Shown here: positions 11,740 to 25,228 of the stretch, in pieces | Layout of the letters: each line of letters starts with the position of its first letter | How positions within the stretch are numbered: the stretch's first letter is position 1 | From: Octopus vulgaris | Taxonomy: Eukaryota | DNA length: 64,000 nucleotides | Direction of reading: 5' to 3' | NCBI GenBank assembly: GCA_951406725.2 | Contig: OX597815.1 | Coordinates: 133,362,001-133,426,000, forward strand | Program-made: the position numbers and the translations under genes | The notes under the pieces: model-generated | The model's input: the letters and a program-made list of their open reading frames with translations, nothing else | Database searches by the model: none | What the model was told of the DNA's origin: nothing

Positions 11740-13199
11740 AGAGGAAAGTTCAGTAGAAAGGAAGACAGAGGAAGAAAATCATCAACAATTCACATGTGGT
11801 TACATATGAGATAGTGGTAGAAGCAGTAAGCCTCTCTTATTGAAGAGGAATGTAACTTCATCTTGGCTTCCTCACTTTGCTTCTAGCCAGGGAACCAAGA
11901 TATGACTTTTTCTGTTGCTGTGTATTTGTCAGAAGAGAGGACAAAATTGCTCCGGAATTAATTCTTTGTCTCCATATATGGTTGAAGCTAGCAGATGAGT
12001 TATGAGATAGAGGTAATAGAAGGTTGAGCTAAATTTTAGAATTAAGCTTTACTGCTACCAGCACACATAAAGAGTTGATAACAAAAACAAATAGAAAAAT
12101 GAGCTGAGATCCATGAATCAAAAATGTAGTAGATTAAATGTTGGCAAAATTTCCCATTACACACCTTTCTTTTACTTGTTTAGATTTTACATAACAAACA
12201 GAACAAGCGCATTTCTTAACATCAGACACATTTACCATTAGACATGTTGTAATTTAGTAAACACATACAACAGTTATGTTGTTGCTCAATTTGCTGAAAA
12301 TATCAACCAAACCTCTTACAAATGAAACTCCAAAATGTGGCTATATTAAGCAATATAGTTACAGATTTACAGAGAATAAGATTTTCAGAACTGGAACACT
12401 TTTATCATAGTTTTTATAGCTACAACTGATCTGAGGTTGTGCAATAACACTAGAAAATGATAGCAGACCTCTATACTGGAATGTAAACTACTAGATACAG
12501 CAGTCAAATTTCCCTCATATCACACCCTGCTGTTTTAAATTAGAAAAGGATACATTAAAATGTAGTCTTAAACTTTAGAGTTTATAAATTAAGTTAGACT
12601 ATTATATTTAGTCTTTCAAATAATTTCTAAATGAATAAATTATTAAATCGAGTGTTTTAAGTACCTGCTAGGAAGTGTGTTTGTATCATTGTCTGCAAAA
12701 TGTATTTCAGACAATGAGCCAATCTAGTTTCTTTCAACAGCACAAAAACAAACAACAATTCATTGGGCAACACAAATTTTATCACAAGTGTTTTGATAGA
12801 TTTTCTATGTATACTTTTGCATATTGAATCTAAGTGTGGAATCAGATTTTTGCTTTCAGGCCTAGTTTAATCTTAAATCCCTTTAATCTTGAACCTAAAG
12901 TCCAGTTTAAATGAATTAAAATCACTAAGTCATTTGAATCTGTTTGTGACAATAAACATGGTTCAGTGTAAGAAGCTTGGAATTTTGGATCAGAAATATG
13001 TTCTGGAAGAATTGGTATAGGAAGTTTAGTATTGTGGAGACTTATTGTAGAGGGTAGATTAAGGTATTTATTGAAGCTGTGAGGGGGGAACAATTCTTGT
13101 TCTGTTCATTCACTTTACATCTGAAATAAAATACATTACATTTATTTTTGTGCAAATTATGTGAAGTTACATTTTTGGAATTTTAAAATTAGATCACCA

Positions 13200-13790
13200 C
13201 AAACATAGCTGAAGGAATAAGGATGTTTCAGATATTCCATGGAATTTCACAAGAGAAAAAAATTTCAATCTGTATCTGTTGCACATGCTATATACAGGAA
13301 AGGCTAATACAACATTAAGTTGCTTTTAGAAAAGTTTCAGTTTCAGAAATATAAGTGGAATATCTTTGGGATATAAGTAGAAGATTATTGCATTTTTGCT
13401 AGGGTTGTAGCTAAGTTACACCATTGTGGCTGTTGGGTTTTTTTAATGAGAAAGGAACAATAGGACAAAAATGTCCCTTACCTCTTCCAGACAAGAAAAA
13501 GGCTATGAATGGGTTCAAAACCCTCAAAAAGCATTCCCTCCTTCTTTGTACATCAAACTTGGACTTAATGAAAAACTTAGTTAAAGCAATGAAAAAAGCA
13601 CCAAATGGATTCAAGAACTTGAAAAATGAATTACCCTGTATCAGGGATGCCAAGATTTAGAAGCACATAGGCCCTCAGATCAGAGTATTGAGATGAATGA
13701 AGTTGAGAATGCCATGTGGTAAAATTTCAAAAGTCTCTGAGCAAAGTTTTTTGAAAATCACAAGGCTAAAAGCTATTTTGAAATATTAGT
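13200..13790 (+). pseudogene. DNA transposase relic, Chapaev3/CMC-like
   Basis: Frameshifted translations give KWNI..KIIAFLLGL, YIKLGLMKNLVKAM..NGFK.LK..P.I.DAKI...IGPQIR. The family assignment comes from recalled motifs. Confidence 0.6.
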
Positions 13791-14880
13791 TGATACCAAC
13801 CCACTTGAGACCACTCTTGGTTCTATGATGCAAACTTCCTGTTTTAAAGTGATCCAAATTAAAACTTTTATCTTTCAAACTCCAGCTTAATAACGACAAA
13901 GTTAATTTACTAAATACTTCATTATTTTCACAATTAACTGAAAGAAAGGGAGTGTATTTTAGAAACAATTTGGTAACAAGAGGACCAAATACTTCAGAAT
14001 TTTTCCCCTCTATCAACTCAGGGATGTTACAACTTGTAACCAATGAATTAGTAAAGAGACTCTCTTTATTACAAAATACAGACCCCTTTTGAACGCATCT
14101 ACATCAAACGACATATCCACCATGGCCTTAGAATAACACAAACACACACGCAAATATTAAAACGGATACATTCAAGAGATATCCAAGAATTCATTAAAAG
14201 AACTCCCAATCACTGCTATAATCCACAACAATTCACATTTAACCTTCTACTATCATACCACCTGCATTCCCTTATTATTCTCTCTTCTCTTTCTCCTTCT
14301 TCTTTGTCTTCTTCCTCTCCGCCACCTCCTTCCTTACTTTACTACAAGTCATTTTCAGGGTACTTGACCATTTACATCCTACTACTATCATGGCACTCTC
14401 CGCATCCTCCTCCTCCTTCTTCTTCTTCTCTGCCAAGAATTCACAATGGCCTTGAACCCACAAGAGTTAACAAGAGAGACAGAGACAGGCAGAAACAAGG
14501 AAAATGTCCCTTGTATTTGAATACTATGCAAATATTCTTTTAAAAAACTTTTCTTTTAATTTTTCCAAAATTTAATTGTTTTCCATATATATCAACTCGT
14601 GTTCTTTTTCAACCTTCTAAACACACACACATATATATATAGCAGAGTTAGCGGTTGGAATAACCATCTAAGGGATAAGGATATCCATTCTTACTACCGG
14701 TATCATTTACCTATGTTAACCCTGGGCATGGGTATGCAAGTACACTATGCTCATAGGGTACTGGTAATAACAGAATAAACAAAAGTTTATCAGGAATCAA
14801 ATTTCAAATAAGATGGAGAAAACTTTTGATCAACAAACAAATTGATTGGTTAATTATTTTTTAATACAAAACATAACATT

Positions 14881-14993
14881 TCTTATGGCCGTTTCAGCTG
14901 CCAATGTCAGTCAGTGCTTACAAGGAAAATTCCGAAAATAATATTTGTCATCTTTATAGCACATTCAATCTAATACATGGAGCTTCATCAGAG
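14881..14993 (-). ncRNA. Hammerhead-like motif with a long insertion in stem II
   Basis: The reverse complement is CT-CTGATGA-AGCT...(~80 nt)...AGCT-GAAA-C-GGCC-A-TA-AGA; the stem III loop GGCC is palindromic and stem I is weak. Confidence 0.45.
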
Positions 14994-15874
14994 TGAATAC
15001 AAATACATAAAATAAAAGAAGGGAAGAGGAAATAGGAAAAAACAGGGCCTCGAGATGAGGCCAGAAGGCTCAATATATTAGAATCATACCTTTTTGCAGT
15101 ATGAAGCTTCAAGTCGATAGGCAAAAGAGTAAACTAGCAAATAAACTAGAGAAATAATTTGTGGGTTATCTCTTTATATAAGGGTACCAGGGTGTATAAA
15201 TAATAGTAAAATAAAACTAGTGCTAAAGTAAAACAGGAATTGCCAATATGTCTAGAAAAGGGATAGTACTTATAATTTCGTAAATAGAGCTAATTAATAT
15301 TTCTCCAAAAACAAACACATAAAGTTTTAATAGTGGTGCACTTGTTTCAGTAAGAGCTGCTCCAAAAATGGACAGAGTCAACATCCATTGATAAGATTGC
15401 AAAAGCAACAAGAATCTTGGAAGTAAGAGTGGAAATTGAAGCAGTGAGTATGTTAGATAATAAGGCATTAAGACAAAATGACTCTCTCCAAACATGACAT
15501 ATGTATATATATATGTATTGTTGCCAGTGCTGCCTGACTGGTTCCCCGTGCCAGTGACAAGTAAAAAGCACCATCCAAACGTGGTTGATGCCAGCCCCAC
15601 CACCACCACCATAAAAGACAACAGGGAGATTTTATGGGACAATCTGCTGCAAGCCAGAGACTTGATTCATGGATAGAGAAAGGATCCAGCCAAATGGAAG
15701 TTGTCTTGATTGTGGAATGGTACAGTAGATAGAGCAATAAAATCTAAGAGACAGGCTTGGAAACACCAGAAGAAAGTGAGGAGCAAGGATTGATATTATG
15801 TTGCTCAGAGATATTAAAGGTCAGATGTATGTATGTATGTATGTATGTATGTATGTATGTATGTTTGTATATCA

Positions 15875-15939
<65 letters not shown>

Positions 15940-15999
15940 TGAGAAAAACTGACAGCCAGAGGTTTGCTAATACTCAAGGAAAAGTGGATTAGTCACATG

Positions 16000-17560
16000 A
16001 GATCTTTTGGATTGCAAGGCATTGTATCACCACTAAACAAGGTAGCACTGGGGTAAAATGAGTATGATGTGACAGTGGAACACTTGTCTTCACTGACACC
16101 AACAGGTTGAAGGCATGAAAGTGTTATTACAAGAAATTGTTGCATGTAGAGAATACATAGCAGAGAGAAAATCTACCCCAAACTGATACATCTGAAGGAC
16201 CAGCTATTCCAGATAGCAATCATACAGCTGAAAGTGCAATTAATGCTACAAAGCCAGGGAAAGCAGTGGGGCTATTAGGGATAGTTACTGGAGGGTTGAA
16301 AATATCTAGCAATGAAGACACTCACATAATTAGTTATCATACCCAATAACTGCTGGAGCAGTATCATCATCAAAGGTATAAGAGACACACTAGAAAGAAA
16401 TAACTACTGATGTATCAGTCTAATGAACCAGGCTATAAAAATATCATAAAAAGTTTTAGCACAACTGATGAGGAAGAGAATCAGCTTGAAGAGATGCAGT
16501 TTGGATTTGTGTCAGGATGGAGTGCAATATTTTCCTAGAAAGACAAGAGAGAAGTTCTTAGCAAAGAGCAAGACATAATACCTAGAAAAGGTCTTCCAAA
16601 GGGCACTATCCTCTGTCATCTAGTAGTCTTTAAGAAAATTACATGTAGATGACTAATTTGTGAGAGCTATGAAAACCATAAATAGTGATGACAATTGATG
16701 AGGCAAGAGATAACAATGGCTACAGTGAAGAATTTGGAGTGCAGGTAGGTGTTCATTAGGTTTCAGTTCTCAGCACCCTAGGAAATAACAGAGGAGTTTA
16801 ATATGGTGAGAACAGGGGAACAGATGAATCTGTTAGAGATTTAGAGAAGAAATTCCAAACACAGAAGCAAAATATAAAATAGAGGGCCCTCAAAGTAAAT
16901 CTAGTAAAAGATAAAAGTTTTAGCTAACAAGACAGATAATACTTTACTGCCATCTGGGAAATGGCCATAGCTGATTTGTATAGAATTATGGTGTATCCAA
17001 AGTAAACTGTGTGTATAAACAAGAAATTTAGTGGAACCTCAAGCAGACTGACAGAGAAGACAGACTTTGTACGTAGCAGATGCACATGATGTGTTAGAAC
17101 TAGGTGCACCCATGGAATAAATAAGTGCAAATGTCCAGAATATTTCCCAAGAAAATTTATACCCTTTGCTGTCTGGGTGACCTCATTAGTAATGAAGATG
17201 GTTGTTCCAAAATCATAGTTACCAAAATAAGAATGGAGGTGATAAAAGTTCAGAAAGTTGTTGCTTCTGCTGTTAACATGGACATGTGTATAAGATGATG
17301 TTTAGAAGCATGGGTACTGAATTTGGAGGATAAGCAAAAGCTGTAAAGAAATGAGGCAAGAATGCTCTATTGGATGGGTAATTCATGAGTGTATGAACAA
17401 TGGAGCACAAATGACTCGAGAGAAAAACTAAGCATAAGAAGAATCAGATATAGTGTGCAAAAATGAAGGCGGTGCTGATATAGGCATGTGATGCAGTGGG
17501 AGGCTGACAGATGATAAGGCCAAGAAGTGTTGAAAGGTTATCCCAGGATCACACAAAGAT
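16000..17560 (+). mobile_element. Highly degraded RTE-clade LINE reverse transcriptase fragment
   Basis: Remnants such as EMQFGFVSG and GVQVGVH*VSVLS; colinear with the better preserved copy at 39925-41090. Confidence 0.7.
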
Positions 17561-18379
17561 AATAAAAGATAAGATATCACATGGCTCTCTCAGCACATGC
17601 AGGCATGGTAAAACATAAATCACACACACACATATTTTACTAGTTTTAGTTATTAGACTGAGGTCATACTGGGGCATCATCTTGAGTTTTTAGTCAAATG
17701 AATCCACCCCAGTACATTTTTATTAAACCTGATACTTATTGTACCAGACTCTTTTGCTGAATCACTAGGTTGTGGGGACACAAACAAGCCAACCTCAGCT
17801 GTCAATTGATGGTGGGGGGACAAACACAGACACAGAGACAAACAAACACACACATATATATGTATGGATCAAAACAGCTTGATTCAAACTTTGAATCGAA
17901 CTGTTTAGATCCATACATGTAACTCCCAATAAATGCGTTGAGTGCCCTTCTTTCATTTGTCCGTTTAGTCATATATATATATGTTTCAGTTTACTTCTAC
18001 CAAATTCACTCACATGGCTTTGTTCGGTCTGAGGCTATAGTAAAAGACACCTACCCAAGGTGCCATGCAGTGGTACTGAACCCAGAACCATGTTGTGGGG
18101 AGCAACCTTCTAACCACACAGCTATATATAAAAGCACTACTCACCTCACCTGTGCTTGCACCATGTAAAAAGCACTAAGTCCACTCTGCTGAGTGGTTGG
18201 TATTAGGAAGGGCATCCAGCTGTAAAAATCCTGCCAAAACAGTCACAGAAGTCTGGTGCAGGCTTCAGACTGGCCAGCTCTTGTGGTACCGCCCCACCCA
18301 TGATAGCATGGAAGACAGGCATTAAACGATGATAATGATGATATATATATATATATACACACATATATAATATATATGT

Positions 18380-19450
18380 AGCTGCTAGAATAAAAATAGC
18401 CTGGGCAAAGTTCAGAGAGCTCCTACCTCTGCTGGTGACAAAAGGCCTCTCACTCAGAGTAAAAGGTAGACTGTATGACGCATGTGTACGAACAGCCATG
18501 CTACATGGCAGTAATACATTGGCTGTGACTGCTGAGGACATGCATAAGCTTGCAAGGAATGAAGCCAGTATGCTCCGCTGGATGTGTAATGTCAGTGTGC
18601 ATACTTGACAGAGTGTAAGTACCTTGAGAGAAAAGTTGAACCTAAGAAGCATCATATGTGGTGTGCAAGACAGACTACTGCACTGGGATGGTAATGTGGT
18701 GAGAATGAATGAGGATAGCTGTGTGAAAAAGTGTCACACCCTAGCGGTTGAGGGACCTGTGGAAGAGGTAGACCCATGAAAACCTGGGATGAGGTGGTGA
18801 AGCATGACCTTTGAACATTAGGCCTCACTGAAGCAATGACTAGTGACAAAGACCTTTGGAAATATGCTGTGCTTGACAAGACCTGGCAAGCCATGTGAGA
18901 CTATAACCCATGGCCTATACCAGTGGTGTAACCAGCCCACTTATGCGTACCTTTCTTTCATTGGACACTAAATTCTGCAAGTGAAATCGAAATCAAATCC
19001 GTTGATGTGGCCAATGACAGCACCACATGACTGGCATCCGTGCTAGTGGAACGCTAAGAGCACCATCTGATGATGATCATTGCCAGGGCACGTAGAAAGC
19101 ACCATTCGAGCATGATCATTACCAGTGTCACCTTACCGGCACGTGAAAAACAACATTCAAGTGAGGTTGTTACCAGTGCTGCTGGACAGGTTCCTGTGCA
19201 GGTGGCACGTAAAAAACACCATTTGAGCATGGCCGTTGCCAGTACCGCCTGACTGGCCCTCGTGCCAGTGGCATGTAAAACCACCCACTACACTCTCAGA
19301 GTGATTGGCATTAGGAAGGGCATCCAGCTGTAGAAACTCTGCCAGATCAGATTGGAGCCTGGCACAGCCATCTGGCTCGCCAGTCCTCAGTCAAACCGTC
19401 CAACGCATGCCAGTAAGGAAAGCAGATGTTAAACGATGATGATGATGATA
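18380..19450 (+). mobile_element. 5'-truncated RTE-clade LINE: ORF C-terminus, 3' UTR and (GAT)n tail
   Basis: ARIKIAWAKFRELLPLL..KGRLYDACVRTAMLHGSNTLAV..CGRGRPMKTWDEVVKHDL, followed by a repetitive UTR and GTTAAACGATGATGAT. Confidence 0.85.
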
Positions 19451-19965
19451 TATAAAATCCGAATTTTATAGTACTAAGTATTCATCATGGCTAGTCTTAC
19501 CCATCAGAAGCGGTTTGTAGATAAAATTAGTGTTGGAGTGATGCTTCAGAAAATTTTTAGCCATTGTTTTAATATTGTATAAAAGGAAACAAACATATCA
19601 AAAGAAAACTTATATGTAAACTTGATCGGTTTGTGTTTTAACACAATGTTCTCTCTCCCTAGCGTGAAGCTTCCTATCTCGGACATGTGAGCATGTGAAC
19701 AACAGCCAAACACCACGTCGCTGGAACTGTGAAGCGCACAGTTCTATACAAGGATTTTTGTATTTTTTTCATAAACTAGGGAATGGCTACTGATATTAAG
19801 CTTAAGGATTATATAATGTACAAGTATAAAGAAAGAATTAAAGAAAAAAGGACTCATTATATTGAATGTTATCGATAATATCGAGTGGAAATAGGGGTGC
19901 TGCAGTTCTGCAGTGCTTATACACGAGCTGCCACTGTTACCAATACACACACACACACACACACG

Positions 19966-20015
<50 letters not shown>

Positions 20016-20849
20016 ATAGATATAATAAGAGAGAGAGAGAGAAAGAAATTGAGAATGTGATACACACACACACATATTATTTAAGGGTGGTGCGTAGATT
20101 TAAAAAAGCAGAACGGCACACCAAGCCTATGAATAATTTAACCTTCATTTAAAAATTTCAAATAGAATGGTTTTCTTGTCTTTTTTTTCTATCATTATTA
20201 TCCATATATTTTTCAAATATCGTAACCGTCAAATATGTAAAAGAACAACAACAACAACAAAACTAACTAAAATGAGTGCTTAACAAATAAGCGATTTTAT
20301 TCACACAATAAAGCCTAGTCGAAAACTCAGCTGGCCATTAATTTACAAAGAAAACAAAGTGGTTAGAGCTTTAAGAAAAACCGAGGTGTTTCCTTTATAT
20401 TAAAGGAAATGTTCCTCGAATTCAAGATACTTCTCTTATTTTCGTTCTATTATCGAAAAGCCATGATAATTTTTTTATAAAGATAAAGTCGAAATTGTTG
20501 TTAGATAATTATGAAAGGCATTCGTAAGAAAAATAGTAAAAAAAACTCAAACACATTATACATACCCACCTCTCTCTCTCTATATATATATATATATTTA
20601 AAACACATGCACATATGTACATATATATAAATATATGTATATATACACACACATATGCACACTCACAAATACACACACACATACATACAACATTTATATG
20701 TAAGCACATATAAACATAAAAATGTATATATTAATATACATTTACATAGATATTTGTATGCAAAAACAGTGGAAAATTTTTAGATTTTAAATGTAAACAA
20801 ACGACAATGGTTGAATAGAATGAACCACCAAGAATGAGTTGTTTTGTTA

Positions 20850-21682
20850 AAATAAAGCGATAGTAACTATTGCGAAATGATTACATGGGGTCGAAAAAAG
20901 ACCACAAAGTTTTCAATAAATAAGGCCACGTCTTGTAAAGCATGTAAAATAAATTATGTCTGATCATAGTTCGGTTAGTAACCACCGATCCGACAAACCC
21001 TTATCTTGTCTTATTTCAAACACAAAGAGATTTTATTTATTTATTTATTTTTCTGGAATATAATGCAATTTTTGTTTCTTTGATATTCTTTTAAAATTAT
21101 TGCAATGAGTTCATAATAGTTTTTCTTAGACTTGAAAACTTTATTCAATTTAGGAAAATTAGAATATATATATATATATAATAATGATGATATGTGTGTA
21201 AATAAGTAATCAAATATCGAGATTTCGCCCCATGCCTAGAATTGTCGTTTACAGAACGCGGATTAAATAACAACAATCGTAGTTTCGTATGACACTCATT
21301 TCACGGGCTTTTAAACACTGGTTTGTAATTTTACGAGTTAATATTTGAAATTATATAACTGTTTTGTCAAAAAGAAAATTAATAATTTATAACAGACATA
21401 AACAAAATGTAAATTTACTTCAATTCTAAACTGGTACATAACTGATAAATCGCTTTCGTACAACCGCCATTTAAAATAATCGTTGTTTGACTGTTGTGAA
21501 ATTTCTTTGTTTTATCCAACAGCATCCTATTTTATATGATTGAAGAATCGTGTCATTTTTCTCAGTTGTGCATGTTATTAGTCTGAATCTTTGTCTTATC
21601 GATATTTTTAAGAATATCTAAGAAAGGGATTCATTATTAATAGGTCGCCGAATAAATATCGTTAGACTTTTATTTGGGCAAG
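20850..21682 (+). promoter_or_regulatory. Putative akirin promoter/5' UTR region
   Basis: Locally CpG-enriched and largely free of recognisable transposons. Contains YY1-like CCGCCATTT (21464-21472) and DRE-like TATCGATA (21597-21604). The TSS cannot be determined. Confidence 0.5.
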
Positions 21683-21863
21683 ATGGCCTGTGGTGCTACT
21701 CTAAAAAGGAGTTTAGAATTTGATCCACTTCATAGTCCTGCACAAAGTACTCCAAAACGTCGAAGATGTATGCCAATGACACTATCTCCATCAACGCCTC
21801 CAACTAGACCTCAACAGACTGAACCATCTCCTTTTGATGATGTTTTACCCAAACTAACACAAG
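21683..21863 (+). CDS. akirin: Akirin coding exon 1
   Basis: [25 protein letters not shown] (conserved N-terminus and NLS); donor AG|GTAAGT; 181 nt, phase 1. Confidence 0.97.
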
Positions 21864-22671
21864 GTAAGTTCCCCCATCTTGCATATAACAACAATACCGA
21901 CACTCATCCATCGTCTACAATTTTAACATACGTCATCTTCTCATTTATTCGTTTATTTCTTTGAAATTTTTTTTTAAACAGATATTTCAACGGTATGTAT
22001 ATTCTCATATATCTAAACATGCTTAATTCTTTTAATGTAACTTGCAATCTCTCTTTCAACATGTCGGTTTGAAATAAAAATGGGGACTCCTTATAGAGAG
22101 ATTTGCTTCCTTTCTCTTGAAAGGAATTCGTTCTTTTTTTCATTTATAAATTCGATATTTTTTTAAATACTTATATTTATATACGCTTGTGTGTATATGT
22201 GTATACATACGTGCATTTGTTTCTATTTAAAATAACTATTTAAAGGCCGTCCGTTAACGAATCAAAACGTTTGGCCATATTTTATTCTCTAATTAGCAGA
22301 CATAATGGACAGTTACGGTCGGCTTGAGCACTGCTTCACATTTAAGACACTTCCCCATTGATATTTCTCATTTTATTCTAATATTTACTTCCTCACTTTA
22401 TAGGAATACTGGTAGGGATCATAAGGGAATTGTTTTCTTTCAAATAAAATTTACTTCAAGAAAATGGCTTCTTTGAAATTATAAAACGAATTATAAGGAT
22501 ACTTTTCATTTCGTGTGTATGTATGTATGAACGTGTATATATATATATATATTATACACATAATATATATATATATATATTATACACACACACGAAATGT
22601 GCCCAAGGGTTAAAACTGCCGTAGTGTAAACTTTTAAATAAAAAATGTCTGTGTACACACACACATATATA

Positions 22672-22702
<31 letters not shown>

Positions 22703-24064
22703 AATAATAATAATGTAAGAAGCGTTTATTTTGCAAAGCTAGAGTTACCAGCATCCAAGTCTCGCATCTTCCCATACGTGCCCTACATATGTGAGTGGAT
22801 TTTTGGCTTGGATAGTTCTCATCAGTCATCTAACTGGCCAGACAATACAATTTTCAGTCTTGGTCATCTTCAATTCGTTATGATACGTATGTATGTGTGA
22901 GAGAGAGAAAATATGACACTAAAATCGGTACGAACCAACTATAGTGTGATAGATAGACAAACCCTCTCTCTATCTATCTAGCTATATATACATATATAGT
23001 GTATAGGTGGATTAGCAGAATCGTTAGAGCGTCAGATAGGATTCCTTGCTGTATTCGTTCCGGCTCTTGGCGTTCCGAGTTCGACTTTAGCTCTCGTTGT
23101 TTCGGATCGATAAAAATGGTTCAATTTTGTCGCGCTGATTCGGTTTGAAAATTGTGTTAAGGATATACATGCCTGAGGAATATTTCGCTTCTTATGTGTT
23201 AATTTAACGAGTAAGGATCGAAGAATTGTATGCTCGTCTTAGAGAGCGACCGAGAATTCACTATATATATAGTATCTTTCTCTCTCTGCGAAACTCTCGG
23301 CCCTTGAGCTACTTCGTAACTTTTTTCGATTAAATGTGTGTGTGTATTATGTATGTATATATGTGTATAAAAGTTTAAGTGACAGCGATTAAAATAAAGA
23401 TGTGTTTTTGCATGTACAAAGTGTCTTGTATTTTGTTTTATTGAAATACGTTGCTGATTTATATAGAGAACGGTTCCCAGGCTGTCAAGAACCTCGTTCA
23501 TCATTACAGGTTTTTAACGTTTAATGTCGTATTACTGATTTTTATCATCGGACATAGATATTCTGGGGCACCGCCTTCTAAGGACTGTCGAGTTGATGGC
23601 TATATCGCCCCACCACCACCGCCACTAGTACTTGTATGCCATCATTTATTTTATCGCCATCGAAAGATGAGAGGCAAAGTCGACCCGAGTAGGATTTGGA
23701 CGTAGACTGTAAAGGGACGTAACCAAATGCCATACTGCATCATGCCCAACGCTCTGTCGATTATCGTTTCCAACAAAAGAAATTAGCTTCGTCAATTTCA
23801 AATGCATACGACAGTAATTGTGTGTATGTGTTCGCAGATGTTTTATTTACAGTGCGTTGTTTCCTTACCTCTCTTCAGAGCTGTCACCATTCGGAATGAA
23901 TACAAATACGAATGTGCGTGTGTATGTATACATGCCGACTATTTAAACCTCCTATTGATGAGGAAAAATTGTTTTACAAGTCCTTTTGGTTACGGATAAT
24001 ATATATATACACACCTAACGAACATGTGTATTATGTATGTGGATATATTGGGTGTATGTGTGTA

Positions 24065-24104
<40 letters not shown>

Positions 24105-24394
24105 TGCCTGTGTACGTATATGTGAGTCTAGTATATTTTGTATATGAGTGTATATGTATTTACCTATGCCTGTGTGTGTCCATAGAGCTTGGTTCTCATT
24201 TCCTCCTGTTTATTACAGTTCTCCAAGCCATGATGAGAGAGTTGAAGACGGGGTTTTTGAAGTAACTCCAGCAAGCCAAGATTTATCTCCATACCTAAAT
24301 CTGTTGAAGAATTAAAAGTTCTATATATGGAAGTAGGGTCCAAAATCAAAAGGCCTAAAATTTTACGTAGCAAAGAAAATGGTTTCAGTTAGAA

Positions 24395-24880
24395 AAAAAG
24401 AATACAGAACTCTTTTGCTATTTAAGAATTGGCCATGCTGTTGGGTTTGTGAAAGTAATAGCAAGAGTTAGGATAAGGTGAAAAAAGTTCAGGGAATTCT
24501 GTTGAAAACAAAAGCTTTGAGAGTGAAGGTTACATTATATAAAGCTTGTGAATGAAATGCAGTAATGCATGTAAGCAAGATGTGGGCACTGAATGCAGGC
24601 CTTTTGCTATTCCTGGAGAGAAATCAGGTAATCATACTCAACTATGTACTGTCTGCTTGCATGAATGATGGAGTATAGATGAGCTGAGAAAAAAGAAAAA
24701 GTCATAATAATAGTCATTGTGTGTAGTGTGCGAGAGAGAAGATTGTCAGTTGAGATATTTGATGTATATAAAGAATGACAGCTGGCTGAACAAATATTGA
24801 GAATAAAAATAGATGGAACCTGCAGAACAGAAGCAAGTGGTGAAGACTATCTCAGAATGCTGGACCTTGTAAGTCAGACA
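24395..24880 (+). mobile_element. Degraded RTE LINE fragment in akirin intron 1
   Basis: Similar to the RTE ORF C-terminus at 18380 and 40600 (KKFREF..RVKVTLYKAC). Confidence 0.6.
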
Positions 24881-25188
24881 ACAATGGCATGCACATGTAT
24901 TCATATTTGTACAAATGTGTCTGTATATTACACTTGTAAGTATATGTGTAATATATGTATATATATGAAATTAAATAAATGCCAGAGAAACAGGAAATTA
25001 TGCTATAAACTTCATTAGCTTACAGCTGTTTGTGCTATGATATGCAGTGCTAATGAAGTTAATTGCATAATTTCTTGTTCCTTTGTCATTTATTTAATCA
25101 TATTACACTCTGTACTTGACTAATGCTTTATTGTGAAGCATATGTATATTGAGTTCTAACACCAGGCTATTAGTATCACTCTAAGTAA

Positions 25189-25228
<40 letters not shown>

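Noticed and set aside
15757-15992. ORFs rich in YI/CV/HT dipeptides here and elsewhere
   Set aside because: They are translations of (TA)n, (TG)n and (TATG)n microsatellites.
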